From positions 2,683-34,682 of the forward strand of contig VXNP01000060.1 of the NCBI GenBank assembly GCA_009840525.1: a stretch of 32,000 nucleotides of DNA, given 5' to 3'. The notes under the pieces are model-generated. The model made no database searches, was not told where the DNA came from, and saw nothing but the letters and a program-made list of their open reading frames with translations. Source of the stretch: Gammaproteobacteria bacterium. GTDB taxonomy: Bacteria; Gemmatimonadota; Gemmatimonadetes; Longimicrobiales; Gaopeijiaceae. Of this stretch, positions 1 through 8,258 are shown piece after piece; the stretch's first letter is position 1; every line of letters begins with the position of its first letter. The translations under genes and the position numbers were made by a program.

Positions 1-1413
1 CCCGCGCGCGACCAGTTGGCGGAACACCGAACGCCACTCGTAGGCGCTCAGATCGGCGCCCACCCCGTGAGTCGGGATGCGGTCGTGCCCGAAGCGCTGG
101 ATACGTTCCGTTTCCCTGCCCCGCAACACATCGATGAGATACGCGGCGCCGAAGCGCTGACCGGTGCGATACACGCACGACATGGCCTTCCGGGACGCCT
201 CGGTTGCGTCCCAGGCATCGACGGGCGTGAGGCAGTTGTCGCAGTTGCCGCAGGCCTCGGGGAGGGTCTCGCCGAAGTAGGCGAGCAAAGTCTGGCGGCG
301 GCAGGTGGTGAGCTCGCAGTAGCCCAGCATCGCATCGAGCTTGCGCACCTCCAGTCGCTTGCGCGCCTCCCCCGCGTCCGATCCCTCCACCATGCTGCGC
401 AGGGTCACGACCTCCTTCAGCCCGTACACCATCCACGCGCTGGCCGGGAGCCCGTCGCGTCCCCCGCGTCCCGTCTCCTGGTAGTAGGCCTCGATGCTCT
501 TGGGCAGATCGAGATGGGCCACGAAGCGGACGTTGGACTTGTCGATGCCCATGCCGAAGGCGATGGTCGCCACCATGACCACGCCTTCGTCGCGCTGGAA
601 GCGGTCCTGGTTGCGCCGGCGCTCGGCGGCCCCGAGCCCAGCGTGGTAGGGGAGGGCGTCGACTCCCTCGCCCTGAAGCCATTCCGCGGTGGCGTCCACC
701 TTCTTGCGCGACAGGCAGTAGACGATGCCCGCGTCGCCCCTGTGATGTTGGTCGAGAAAGCGCCGGAACTGGGCGCGCGCATTGTTCTTCGGGACCACGC
801 TGTAGCGGATGTTGGGCCGGTCGAAGCCGCTCACGAACACGGGGGCGCCCCGGAGCCCCAGGCGGTCGACGATCTCGCGCCGGGTGAGTTCGTCGGCGGT
901 GGCGGTGAGCGCGATGCGAGGCACGTCGGGGAAGTGCTCGCGCAGGGCGGAGAGCTGGAGATATTCGGGGCGAAAATCGTGCCCCCACTGCGACACGCAG
1001 TGCGCCTCGTCGATGGCGAAAAGCGACAGCCGGGCCTCGGCCAGGAGGTTCAGCGTGCGCTCGCCGAGCAGGCGTTCGGGCGCGACGTAGAGCAGGTCCA
1101 ACCGACCCGCGCGCACGGCGGCTTCCGCCTCCAGCACCTCCCGATAGGAGAGGGAGGAGTTCAGGCAGGCGGCGCGCACGCCCAACTGGCGGAGCGCCTC
1201 GACCTGGTCGCGCATCAGGGCGATGAGCGGAGAGACCACGACCCCGGTGCCCTCGCGCACGATGCCGGGAATCTGGTAACAGAGCGACTTGCCGCCGCCG
1301 GTGGGCATGAGCACCAGGCAGTCGCCCCCGTCCACCGTGTGGCGGATGACTTCTTCCTGCTGTCCCCGGAATCCGGAGTAGCCGAAGGTGCGCTCGAGGA
1401 CGCGTCGGATCAT
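1..1413 (-). CDS. recQ: ATP-dependent DNA helicase RecQ (N-terminal 471 codons; C-terminus lies beyond the left edge)
   Basis: Absent from the ORF track because it runs off the window. Hand translation of the reverse complement from the ATG (cat at 1411-1413) gives [23 protein letters not shown]. It continues with [15 protein letters not shown] (motif I), [20 protein letters not shown] (DEAH box), LTATA, and [41 protein letters not shown] (motifs V/VI). A Zn-finger-like CGNCDNC follows. The frame stays open to position 1. Track ORF 16..1551(+) is its antisense artefact. Confidence 0.93.
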   Translation of the reverse strand, partial: MIRRVLERTFGYSGFRGQQEEVIRHTVDGGDCLVLMPTGGGKSLCYQIPGIVREGTGVVVSPLIALMRDQVEALRQLGVRAACLNSSLSYREVLEAEAAVRAGRLDLLYVAPERLLGERTLNLLAEARLSLFAIDEAHCVSQWGHDFRPEYLQLSALREHFPDVPRIALTATADELTRREIVDRLGLRGAPVFVSGFDRPNIRYSVVPKNNARAQFRRFLDQHHRGDAGIVYCLSRKKVDATAEWLQGEGVDALPYHAGLGAAERRRNQDRFQRDEGVVMVATIAFGMGIDKSNVRFVAHLDLPKSIEAYYQETGRGGRDGLPASAWMVYGLKEVVTLRSMVEGSDAGEARKRLEVRKLDAMLGYCELTTCRRQTLLAYFGETLPEACGNCDNCLTPVDAWDATEASRKAMSCVYRTGQRFGAAYLIDVLRGRETERIQRFGHDRIPTHGVGADLSAYEWRSVFRQLVARG

Positions 1414-1481
1414 CGTGCGCTCACCTCAGCCCCTCCAGACCGCGGTGGGCGCTGCTGCCGGATGCGGCGGTCCCGCCCGGG

Positions 1482-3125
1482 TCAACGATGCGCGAGCTCC
1501 GGGAACCCCGGCGGCGGGCGCCGATGGAGCGTCCCCTGCTCGTACGCGTAGGCGAGGCGGAAGAGCAGGCCCTCGTCGTACGGGCGTGCCAGAATCTGCA
1601 GTCCCGCCGGGTGCGTGCCCTCGGTGAACCCCATGGGCACCGTGATGGCGGGCATCCCGGTGGCGGGCGCGACCCGCTGGCTGTTGTCGCCGCTGTATTC
1701 CTCGTTGCCGCGGTCGATGTGCGCCGGTGGGCTCAGCCAGGTGGGATAGACGACGGCGTCCACCCCCGCGGCATCCATGGCCTCGGTCAGGTCGGCCAGG
1801 TAGCCCTGCCGCTGCTGGTTGTCGAGGTAGTCCGGGCAGGGCGGATCCCACTCGGCCGGGGGGACGTCCAGCGGCATGCCCTCCGACCGGCGCAGCCCGC
1901 TCTCGGCGTCGCCCCCGAACTCCCCGGTCTCGAGCACGGCCAGCACGTCGGTGAACGGGGCCGCGTCTCCCAGCGACTGCAGATAGACATGCATGTCGTA
2001 GCGAAAGCGCCGGCACGACATGCCCTCGCGTTCCAGTTGCGCCTGCAGGTCGAAGCCGAGCGGATCGACGATCTCGGCGCCGAGCCCGGCCAGCTCCGCG
2101 AGCGCGTTCCCGAAGACGGCGACGACCTCCTCGTCCGCTTCTTCGGTGTCGACCAGGGCCCGCAGGACCCCGATGCGCGCGCCCTCGAGGCCGTTCGGGT
2201 CGAGGAAGCTGGTGTAGTCGCCCTCCTCGCGCCCGCGCCCGGCCTCGGTGTAAGGATCGGCCGGGTCGTAGCCCGCCACCACGTTGAAGAGCCGGGCCAC
2301 GTCCTCCACGGTGCGCCCCATCGGGCCGGCGATGTCGCGGTCGAAGGCGAGCGGCACCACGCCGTCCCGGCTGGTGAGGCCTATGGTCGAACGGATGCCC
2401 ACCAGCGCCAGGCGCGAGGACGGGCCGCGGATTGAGTTGCCGGTATCGCTGCCGAGCCCGATCAGGCCGAAGCTGGCCGCGACCCCCGAGGCGGTGCCGC
2501 CGCTCGACCCGGCCGGAACGCGGTCCAGCGCGTAGGCGTTGCGGGTGGTGTCGAACGACGAGCTCACCGACTGGCGCGGGCTGAAGGCCCACTCGGCCAT
2601 GTTGGTCTTGGCCACCACGATGGCGCCTTCCTCGCGGATGCGGCGCACCATGAACGCGTCGTCGGGCGGCACGCTCGCGGCGAGGCCGACCGAGCCGGCC
2701 GTGGTCACCATGTCGTGGGTGTCGAAGTTGTCCTTCACCAGGACGGGCACGCAGAAGAGGGGGCCCGGCTCCTCGCCGGCGGCCAGCGCCGCGTCCAGTT
2801 CGTCGGCGCGGTCGAGGGCGGCGGGGTTCACCACCGTGATCGCGTTGATGCGGTCCTCATAGGCCTCGATGCGGTCGAGGTGTGCCTGCACCACCAGGCG
2901 GCAGGTGGTCGCGCCCGAGAAGACGGCCTCCTGGACGCCCGCGATGGTGGCCTCCACCACGTCGATGGGGGGGGGGGCGGGGGCATCGCAGGTGGTCGCG
3001 GCCAGCGCGGCCGCCAGGGCGGCGGCCGAGAGTGCGAGAGGGGGTACCTTCACCTGCCCTGCCTTCGCCCTCGCGCGCGGACGGGCGCGTCTTGTCTTCC
3101 CTGCGATCAGTTGCTCCCCTGCCAT
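1482..3125 (-). CDS. Secreted (probably lipoprotein) amidase, amidase-signature family
   Basis: This is the C-terminal 547 codons of track ORF 1482..3995. It carries the AS signature GSSGGTASGVAASFGLIGLGSDTGNSIRGPS and the VLVKDNFDT block. The N-terminus has a hydrophobic signal ending LAAALAATTC. The ATG at 3123-3125 overlaps the TGA of the upstream gene (ATGA). An alternative GTG at 3053 gives a cleaner signal peptide (VKVPPLALSAAAL...). The first ~290 codons of the track ORF are out-of-frame read-through across the oxidoreductase gene. Confidence 0.9.
   Translation of the reverse strand: MAGEQLIAGKTRRARPRARAKAGQVKVPPLALSAAALAAALAATTCDAPAPPPIDVVEATIAGVQEAVFSGATTCRLVVQAHLDRIEAYEDRINAITVVNPAALDRADELDAALAAGEEPGPLFCVPVLVKDNFDTHDMVTTAGSVGLAASVPPDDAFMVRRIREEGAIVVAKTNMAEWAFSPRQSVSSSFDTTRNAYALDRVPAGSSGGTASGVAASFGLIGLGSDTGNSIRGPSSRLALVGIRSTIGLTSRDGVVPLAFDRDIAGPMGRTVEDVARLFNVVAGYDPADPYTEAGRGREEGDYTSFLDPNGLEGARIGVLRALVDTEEADEEVVAVFGNALAELAGLGAEIVDPLGFDLQAQLEREGMSCRRFRYDMHVYLQSLGDAAPFTDVLAVLETGEFGGDAESGLRRSEGMPLDVPPAEWDPPCPDYLDNQQRQGYLADLTEAMDAAGVDAVVYPTWLSPPAHIDRGNEEYSGDNSQRVAPATGMPAITVPMGFTEGTHPAGLQILARPYDEGLLFRLAYAYEQGTLHRRPPPGFPELAHR
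2967..2977. repeat. 11-nt G/C homopolymer inside the amidase CDS
   Basis: The plus strand reads gtcgat-ggggggggggg-c-ggggg. On the coding (minus) strand this is C11 and encodes ...DAPAPPPIDV just after the putative lipobox Cys. Confidence 0.9.
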
Positions 3126-4099
3126 CAGTTGATCTCCTCCAGCAGTTCCACGTTTCGGAGGCCCTCGCGCGCGTCGACCGCCGGCGGCCGCCCGTTGCGC
3201 ACCGCCGCGGCAAAGTCCGCCAGCTCGCCCACGTAGGGGTTCTGGACCACGTAGGGCACCATCCCGGTCCTGGTGAAGACCGTCCCCGCACCCCGCGGTC
3301 CCAGGGTGTGGTTGCCGATGACGTATCCCTGGTCGCCGTAGACCTCGACCCGCGAAGGCGATTCGAACTGCACCGAGGAGCAGAACTCCGCCGTGGCGCC
3401 CGACTCGAAGGTCAGCGCCACCAGGGCGGTCTCGTCGCGGGGCCCGCCCCACACCGCACTGCTCGTGGCGGACCGCACCTCCACGACCTCGCCGCAGCCC
3501 GGCACCATGAACCAGCGGATCATGTCCAGGCAGTGGGTGCCCACCCCGGCGAGGCTCCACCAGCGTCCCACATCCGACCCCGCGCGCCAGTTGGAGTCGT
3601 CGGGGGCGGGCCAGGTCCACTGCACCCGCATGTGCCGGAGCGCCCCGAGAGCCCCGCCCCTGATGAGCCGCTCCATCGCGCGGTGGCCCCCGTGCCAGCG
3701 CAGGTGGTAGGCGACCCCCACGGTCACGCCGGCGGCCTCGGCCGCCTCCGCCACGCGGCGCCCGTCGGCCGAGGAGGTCACCATCGGCTTTTCCACGAAG
3801 ACGTGCTTGCCCGCCGCGATGGCCGCCAGCGCCTGGTCGGCGTGCAGCGCGTCGGGTGTTGCGATCAGCACGGCGTCGAGCCCCGGGTCGGCCAGCACTT
3901 CGTCCAGACGGTCGAAGCCCGGCTCCGGCGCCCTCGCCCGATGGCGTCGCGCGAAGTCGGCGGCGCGCCTGCGGTCCCGGCTCAGCACGCTCCACAGCCG
4001 CAGCCCGGAGGCGGAGGCCAGAGCCGGGGCCAACTGGGTCTCCGAAATGCGGCCGGTGCCCAGCAGCGCAACGCTGAGCGGCTTCGGCTTCATGCCCAT
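3125..4099 (-). CDS. Gfo/Idh/MocA-family NAD(P)-dependent oxidoreductase
   Basis: Track ORF, 324 aa. N-terminal Rossmann motif VALLGTGRIS. Family-typical blocks AVLIATPDALHADQALAAIAAGKHVFVEKP and GVAYHLRWH. The start is 1 nt after the stop of the upstream RidA gene, and the stop overlaps the amidase ATG. Confidence 0.85.
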   Translation of the reverse strand: MGMKPKPLSVALLGTGRISETQLAPALASASGLRLWSVLSRDRRRAADFARRHRARAPEPGFDRLDEVLADPGLDAVLIATPDALHADQALAAIAAGKHVFVEKPMVTSSADGRRVAEAAEAAGVTVGVAYHLRWHGGHRAMERLIRGGALGALRHMRVQWTWPAPDDSNWRAGSDVGRWWSLAGVGTHCLDMIRWFMVPGCGEVVEVRSATSSAVWGGPRDETALVALTFESGATAEFCSSVQFESPSRVEVYGDQGYVIGNHTLGPRGAGTVFTRTGMVPYVVQNPYVGELADFAAAVRNGRPPAVDAREGLRNVELLEEIN

Positions 4100-4100
4100 G

Positions 4101-5279
4101 TCAGCGGACCGCCATCATCTGAATCTCTACGCCGAGACGCCCCACGAGCGGCAGGCCCGCCACCGTCGGCTCCGGGGCTCCCTCGGGCATCACCTCGCCC
4201 AGAACCTCCAGCACCACCTCGGCGTCCCGCACGTCCGTGAGGTACACCCAGACGTTGGCTACGTTGGAAAAATCCAACCCGGCAGCTTCCAGCGTTGCAT
4301 TTAACCTGTCCAGCGTGTTGCGCGTCTCCGCCGGAATGTCCTCCCCTGCCGCCAGCATCCCCGACAGCCACAGCCGCTCGCCCGTGTCGATGGCCGGCGA
4401 AAGCGGCGCCCGACCGGGGCCCTGTCCCGCGGGACGAACCACGGCGCGCGCGTCGGAAGCCTCCGCGACGCACTGGATCTCGACCAGGAAATCGGAGTTC
4501 ATGAGCCCGCCGCGCACCGCTGCACGGGCGGGCGGATCGTCCGCGGTCACGAACTCGCGGTAGGCCTCGTTCATGTCGCCCCAGAGCCGCACGTCGTCGA
4601 GGAAGACCTGGCAGCTGACCAGGTCTCCGTAGTCCATGCCCGCCGACTCGAGAATCATCCCGATGTTGCCGAACACGCGCCGGGTCTGCACCTGCACGTC
4701 GCCCCGCACTGGCTGGTAGGTGTCGGGATCGCGGCTCGTGGCGCCCGCGATGAAGAGGACGTCGCCCGCCCGGACTCCCCACGAGTAGGGCAGCGCCGGC
4801 GACTGCAGCCCCGACGGAGAAATGACCTCGGTGTCGTCCGGGGTGGCTACGGCAGATATCTGAATCAGCGCGCCCACGTCGGGAAGGTCCGCCCTCACGG
4901 TCGCACGCGTGGGCGCATTCTCCGCGAAATAGGTGCGATAGACGCCGTTCATCCCCTGGAAATGACGGGTATCCCGCAGGAAGACGTTGACGGCGACGAC
5001 ATCCTCGTATCCGAGCCCGTGCCCGGAGAGCTCCGCCCCCAATGCATCCAGCGTGGCCGTGGTCTGCTCCTCGATGGTGGTGAGGGCGCGGTCGCCGTCC
5101 GTCGTCCCCGTGATGTTGGAAAGGAACACGAGTTCGGGCGCCTGCGCGGAGGCCGGCGGCGCGCATGAGAGCGCGAGCGGAAGGGCCAGAAGGACGAGCG
5201 GGAGAGGGCTCGCGGGTCCGGTGCGGACGCGCGATCTCGGGCTCCGGACGTGGAGAAGGCGCGAGGCGGAAGGGTTCAT
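4101..5279 (-). CDS. Secreted protein with three tandem RidA/YjgF/L-PSP domains
   Basis: Track ORF, 392 aa. The N-terminal signal is PLPLVLLALPLALSCAPPASA-QA. Three successive ~110-aa units each show the RidA pattern. Unit 1: QTTATLDALGAELSGHGLGYEDVVAVNVFLRD..MNGVY. Unit 2: QTRRVFGNIGMILESAGMDYGDLVSCQVFLDD..MNEAY. Unit 3: ETRNTLDRLNATLEAAGLDFSNVANVWVYLTD. Confidence 0.8.
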   Translation of the reverse strand: MNPSASRLLHVRSPRSRVRTGPASPLPLVLLALPLALSCAPPASAQAPELVFLSNITGTTDGDRALTTIEEQTTATLDALGAELSGHGLGYEDVVAVNVFLRDTRHFQGMNGVYRTYFAENAPTRATVRADLPDVGALIQISAVATPDDTEVISPSGLQSPALPYSWGVRAGDVLFIAGATSRDPDTYQPVRGDVQVQTRRVFGNIGMILESAGMDYGDLVSCQVFLDDVRLWGDMNEAYREFVTADDPPARAAVRGGLMNSDFLVEIQCVAEASDARAVVRPAGQGPGRAPLSPAIDTGERLWLSGMLAAGEDIPAETRNTLDRLNATLEAAGLDFSNVANVWVYLTDVRDAEVVLEVLGEVMPEGAPEPTVAGLPLVGRLGVEIQMMAVR

Positions 5280-5469
5280 CGGGTGACCTCCGGGATAGGC
5301 GATGGAAGGCTCGCAGTCCTGATGGTAGCCGCAGCGGGCGCGCGCGCAAAGGGAACCGGCCGAAGTCGTCCCAACGGCCCATGAATGCGCCCTTTTGGGG
5401 GTGGCGTGAACCCTCGGAAGGATGCCCCATTCACACTTGGCGACGCCCCGCGCGAGGACGCCCGCCCGC

Positions 5470-5498
5470 TTGACTTGATCCGGCGCCCTCCCTACATC
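5470..5498 (+). promoter_or_regulatory. Candidate sigma70-like promoter for the transporter gene
   Basis: TTGACT (5470-5475), a 17-nt spacer, then TACATC (5493-5498), in the divergent intergenic region. The -10 is weak. This rests on pattern match only. Confidence 0.2.
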
Positions 5499-5613
5499 GA
5501 ACCCACATCACCGCCGGGGCCTTCCGGGACGGCCATCCAGACCTCCCGGCGTGCTTCGCTTTCCAGACGGGGCACGGCGCGAGGCGGCACTGTCGCGGAG
5601 GATCGGGGGGCGC

Positions 5614-6984
5614 ATGGCAGACTCGACGACGCAGGATCAGGGCATCGCGGCGCGCCTTCTCAACATGGAGCGTGGCGAACTGCCTCTGGCCGTCCTCTCC
5701 GCGATCTTCTTCTTCTTCGTTCTCTGCGGGTACTTCTTCCTGCGGCCGGTGCGCGAAGCCATGGGCGTCGCCCGCGGAATGGACGAACTGCGCTGGCTCT
5801 TCGTCGTCACCTCGATCATTTCCCTGGTGGCGGTGCTCGCCTTCGGCGGAGTGGTGGCGCGCATGAACCGGCGCCGTTTCATACCCGTGGCCTTCCTCTT
5901 CGTGATCGGGTGCCTGTTCGTCTTCTCGGGGCTGATCATCCAGGACGTGCGGGCCGGCGGCGGGCTCATCGGCACCGATGCCGAAACCGCCCTTGCACGC
6001 GGCGTCGGCTACACCTTCTTCGTGTGGCTGACGGTGATCAACCTCTTCACCACCAGTCTCTTCTGGGCCTTCATGGTCGACATCTTCGACGTGGACCAGG
6101 GGAAGAGGATGTTCGCCTTCATCGGCATCGGCGGCACCCTGGGCGCGCTGGCCGGGGCGGAGGCCACCAGCATCATCAGCGGGATGACGGAGTCGTCCTA
6201 CCTGCCCGCCGGGCTGATGCTGCTCGCCTGCGCCTGCTACGGCATCGCGATCGCGACGGTGCTGTGGCTGGACCGGATGGCCCTCCGGTCGCGCGCCTCC
6301 CGCCTGGAGGCGCTCCCGAAGGGTCGCCGCGACATCGCCGCGCCCGACGGCAGCACCCGGATCGGCGGCACCTTCTGGGAGGGCGCCAAGGCGGTCGTGG
6401 CCTCCCCGTACCTGCTGGGCGTCGGGCTGTGGGTGGTGTTCATGGCCATCTCCAACACCATGATCTACTTCACCCAGGCCAACATCATCCAGCAGGCCAC
6501 CGACACCTTCAGCCAGCGGGTGGAGAGCTTCGCCAACTTCGACTTCCTGGCCCAGTTCGCGACGCTCCTGACCCAGATCTTCATCACAACGCGCATCATC
6601 AAGAAGCTGGGCGTGGGCTGGACCCTCGCGATCCTGCCGCTGGTGACGGTCGCCGGGTTCGCGGTGCTGGCGGTGTGGCCCGTGTACGGGGTCATCCTGA
6701 TCTTCCAGGCGGTGCACCGGGCGACCCGTTACGCCATCTCACGGCCCTCGCGGGAGACGCTGTTCAGCGTCGTCACACCCTCCGAGAAGTACAAGGCGAA
6801 GCCCGTGGTCGACGTGTTCCTCTATCGCGCGGGGGATGCCACCGGCGCGGGGATCGACGCCACCTTTGCGGCCCTCGGCATGACGCTGGCGCTGGTGGCG
6901 GCCTCGACCGTGCCGCTTGCGGGCATCTGGATCGCGCTCTCCATCGGGATGGGGCGGGCGCAGGCCAGGCGGGTCGGGGAGTAG
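5614..6984 (+). CDS. TLC / ATP:ADP antiporter (AAA) family-like MFS transporter
   Basis: In track ORF 5551..6984 I prefer the ATG at 5614, with GGAGGA 11 nt upstream. The protein is polytopic. Its N-terminal block LSAIFFFFVLCGYFFLRPVREAMGV..LRWLFVVT..MNRRRFIP matches what I recall for COG3202/TLC-type carriers. About 12 hydrophobic segments. Confidence 0.65.
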   Translation: MADSTTQDQGIAARLLNMERGELPLAVLSAIFFFFVLCGYFFLRPVREAMGVARGMDELRWLFVVTSIISLVAVLAFGGVVARMNRRRFIPVAFLFVIGCLFVFSGLIIQDVRAGGGLIGTDAETALARGVGYTFFVWLTVINLFTTSLFWAFMVDIFDVDQGKRMFAFIGIGGTLGALAGAEATSIISGMTESSYLPAGLMLLACACYGIAIATVLWLDRMALRSRASRLEALPKGRRDIAAPDGSTRIGGTFWEGAKAVVASPYLLGVGLWVVFMAISNTMIYFTQANIIQQATDTFSQRVESFANFDFLAQFATLLTQIFITTRIIKKLGVGWTLAILPLVTVAGFAVLAVWPVYGVILIFQAVHRATRYAISRPSRETLFSVVTPSEKYKAKPVVDVFLYRAGDATGAGIDATFAALGMTLALVAASTVPLAGIWIALSIGMGRAQARRVGE

Positions 6985-7016
6985 CAGCCCGCAGACCGCA
7001 GCACGGCGAGGCCCGG

Positions 7017-8111
7017 CTACAGCCCGAAGAAGACTTTCGCCGCCACCCTTCGGAACATGCTCCGGGTGAGCAGCCCGGCCTCGAGCGCCCGCGCCACCGG
7101 AAGGCGGTCGTAGCCCCAGCGCGCGGCGTGCTTCCAGACCAGTTTCGGGTATGCGCGCCGCACCACCGGACCGGGATGCGCTCCGCCCGCGAGATGGTCG
7201 GCCAGGGCGTCTCCGGCGATCTTGCCGAACCGCCAGGCGTGGTGGATGCCCCCGGCCGTCAGCGGGGACACCATCCCAGCGGCGTCCCCGATGAGCATCA
7301 CCCGTTCCCCGAAGAAGTTGCGAAGCAGTCCCCCGAACGGGATCACACCGCCGCGCTTCTCCACCACCGTCTTCCGCGACAGCCCGAAGAGCGGGTCGAG
7401 CCTTGCGACGAACCCCGGCAGGTCGGCCTGCCGGTCGCGGTGCAGCGCCAGCCCGACCTGCGTCGTCGCCACCCCCGGCACCACCCACCCGATGTACCCG
7501 GGGGCGAACTCGGGATCGATGAAGCAGTGCAGGCAGTCGGCGACGCCGTCCACGGGCTCGAATTCCCATTCGACCCCCTTCAGGAGGCGGCGGTTGCGGT
7601 CGAGGCCGAAGCTCCCCGCCACTGCGGAGCGCGCACCATCGGCTCCGACGAGGAATCGGCAGGTGACCCCGGAAGCCTGGAGCAGCAATGGACCCGGTCC
7701 CGGCGTCACACCGCGGTATCCTTGTCCGAATCGGATCTCGACACCCGCGCGTCGGGTCTCCCGGGCCAGATGGTGCATGAGCCGGGCCGTATCGGTGGCC
7801 ATGAAGAAGTACCCGTTCCGCTCCAGCTCGATATGGTCGTGGGCGGGCGTATAGACTCTGACCCGGTCGATTCGCCGTACCAGCGGGGCCGGCACCTTCC
7901 ACTCGGTCCACGCCTCATGCACGAGAATTCCGGTGGTGTGGATGCGGGCGCCGGGTCCGGACTGCCGCTCCAGCACCAGGACCGAGAGGCCCCGCCGGGC
8001 CGCCTGGCGTGCGCAGGCCAGACCCGCGAAGCCGGCCCCCACCACCACCACGTCGTATTTCTCGGGCAAGCCATCTCTCCTGTTGCGACCGACGCTGTCG
8101 GAATCATGCAT
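7017..8111 (-). CDS. FAD-dependent oxidoreductase, geranylgeranyl-reductase family
   Basis: Track ORF, 364 aa. Dinucleotide fold YDVVVVGAGFAGLACA, a GADG block (FLVGADGARS), and LIGDAAGMVSPLTAGGI typical of the GGR/ChlP-like family. Confidence 0.75.
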   Translation of the reverse strand: MHDSDSVGRNRRDGLPEKYDVVVVGAGFAGLACARQAARRGLSVLVLERQSGPGARIHTTGILVHEAWTEWKVPAPLVRRIDRVRVYTPAHDHIELERNGYFFMATDTARLMHHLARETRRAGVEIRFGQGYRGVTPGPGPLLLQASGVTCRFLVGADGARSAVAGSFGLDRNRRLLKGVEWEFEPVDGVADCLHCFIDPEFAPGYIGWVVPGVATTQVGLALHRDRQADLPGFVARLDPLFGLSRKTVVEKRGGVIPFGGLLRNFFGERVMLIGDAAGMVSPLTAGGIHHAWRFGKIAGDALADHLAGGAHPGPVVRRAYPKLVWKHAARWGYDRLPVARALEAGLLTRSMFRRVAAKVFFGL

Positions 8112-8258
8112 CGCGGCGCCCGGCGCGACACCGCCACAGAAGATATGTCACGGAGGGTTCCGGGTTCCTGAAACGGGTTGCGGCGACGTCGCCGCGTGGG
8201 CCACCTTCAGCCGCATCCGCCATCCCGCCTCACCGGCGCCCGTTCCCAGGAGCCAGCC

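Noticed and set aside
16-1551. 511-aa plus-strand ORF covering the first 1.5 kb
   Set aside because: It is Ala/Gly/Arg/His-rich and has no recognisable motifs. It lies exactly antisense to an unmistakable RecQ helicase frame on the minus strand. This is a typical high-GC shadow ORF.
3126-3995. N-terminal 290 codons of the 837-aa track ORF 1482..3995 (apparent giant amidase)
   Set aside because: The extension is Arg/Gly-rich nonsense. It overlaps the well-supported Gfo/Idh/MocA gene in another frame. The amidase has its own ATG at 3125 (ATGA-coupled) and a signal peptide right after it.
7017-8111. Possibility that the FAD oxidoreductase is a squalene epoxidase belonging to the sterol cluster
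   Set aside because: Its size (364 aa) and the GDAAG..P.TAGGI block fit the geranylgeranyl-reductase family better. It is separated from the cluster by unrelated genes on other strands. I see no basis for the link.
5385-8171. 928-aa plus-strand ORF, and similar very long ORFs (8148..10142 -, 11422..12786 -, 15826..17091 +, 18039..19793 -, 25804..28893 -, 30237..31532 -)
   Set aside because: All have Arg/Pro/Gly/His-rich low-complexity translations. All overlap ORFs in other frames or strands that carry clear family motifs (TLC carrier, GGR, S9 peptidase, NCS2, RND, P450, amidase/ABC, amidohydrolase). I treat them as high-GC frame artefacts.
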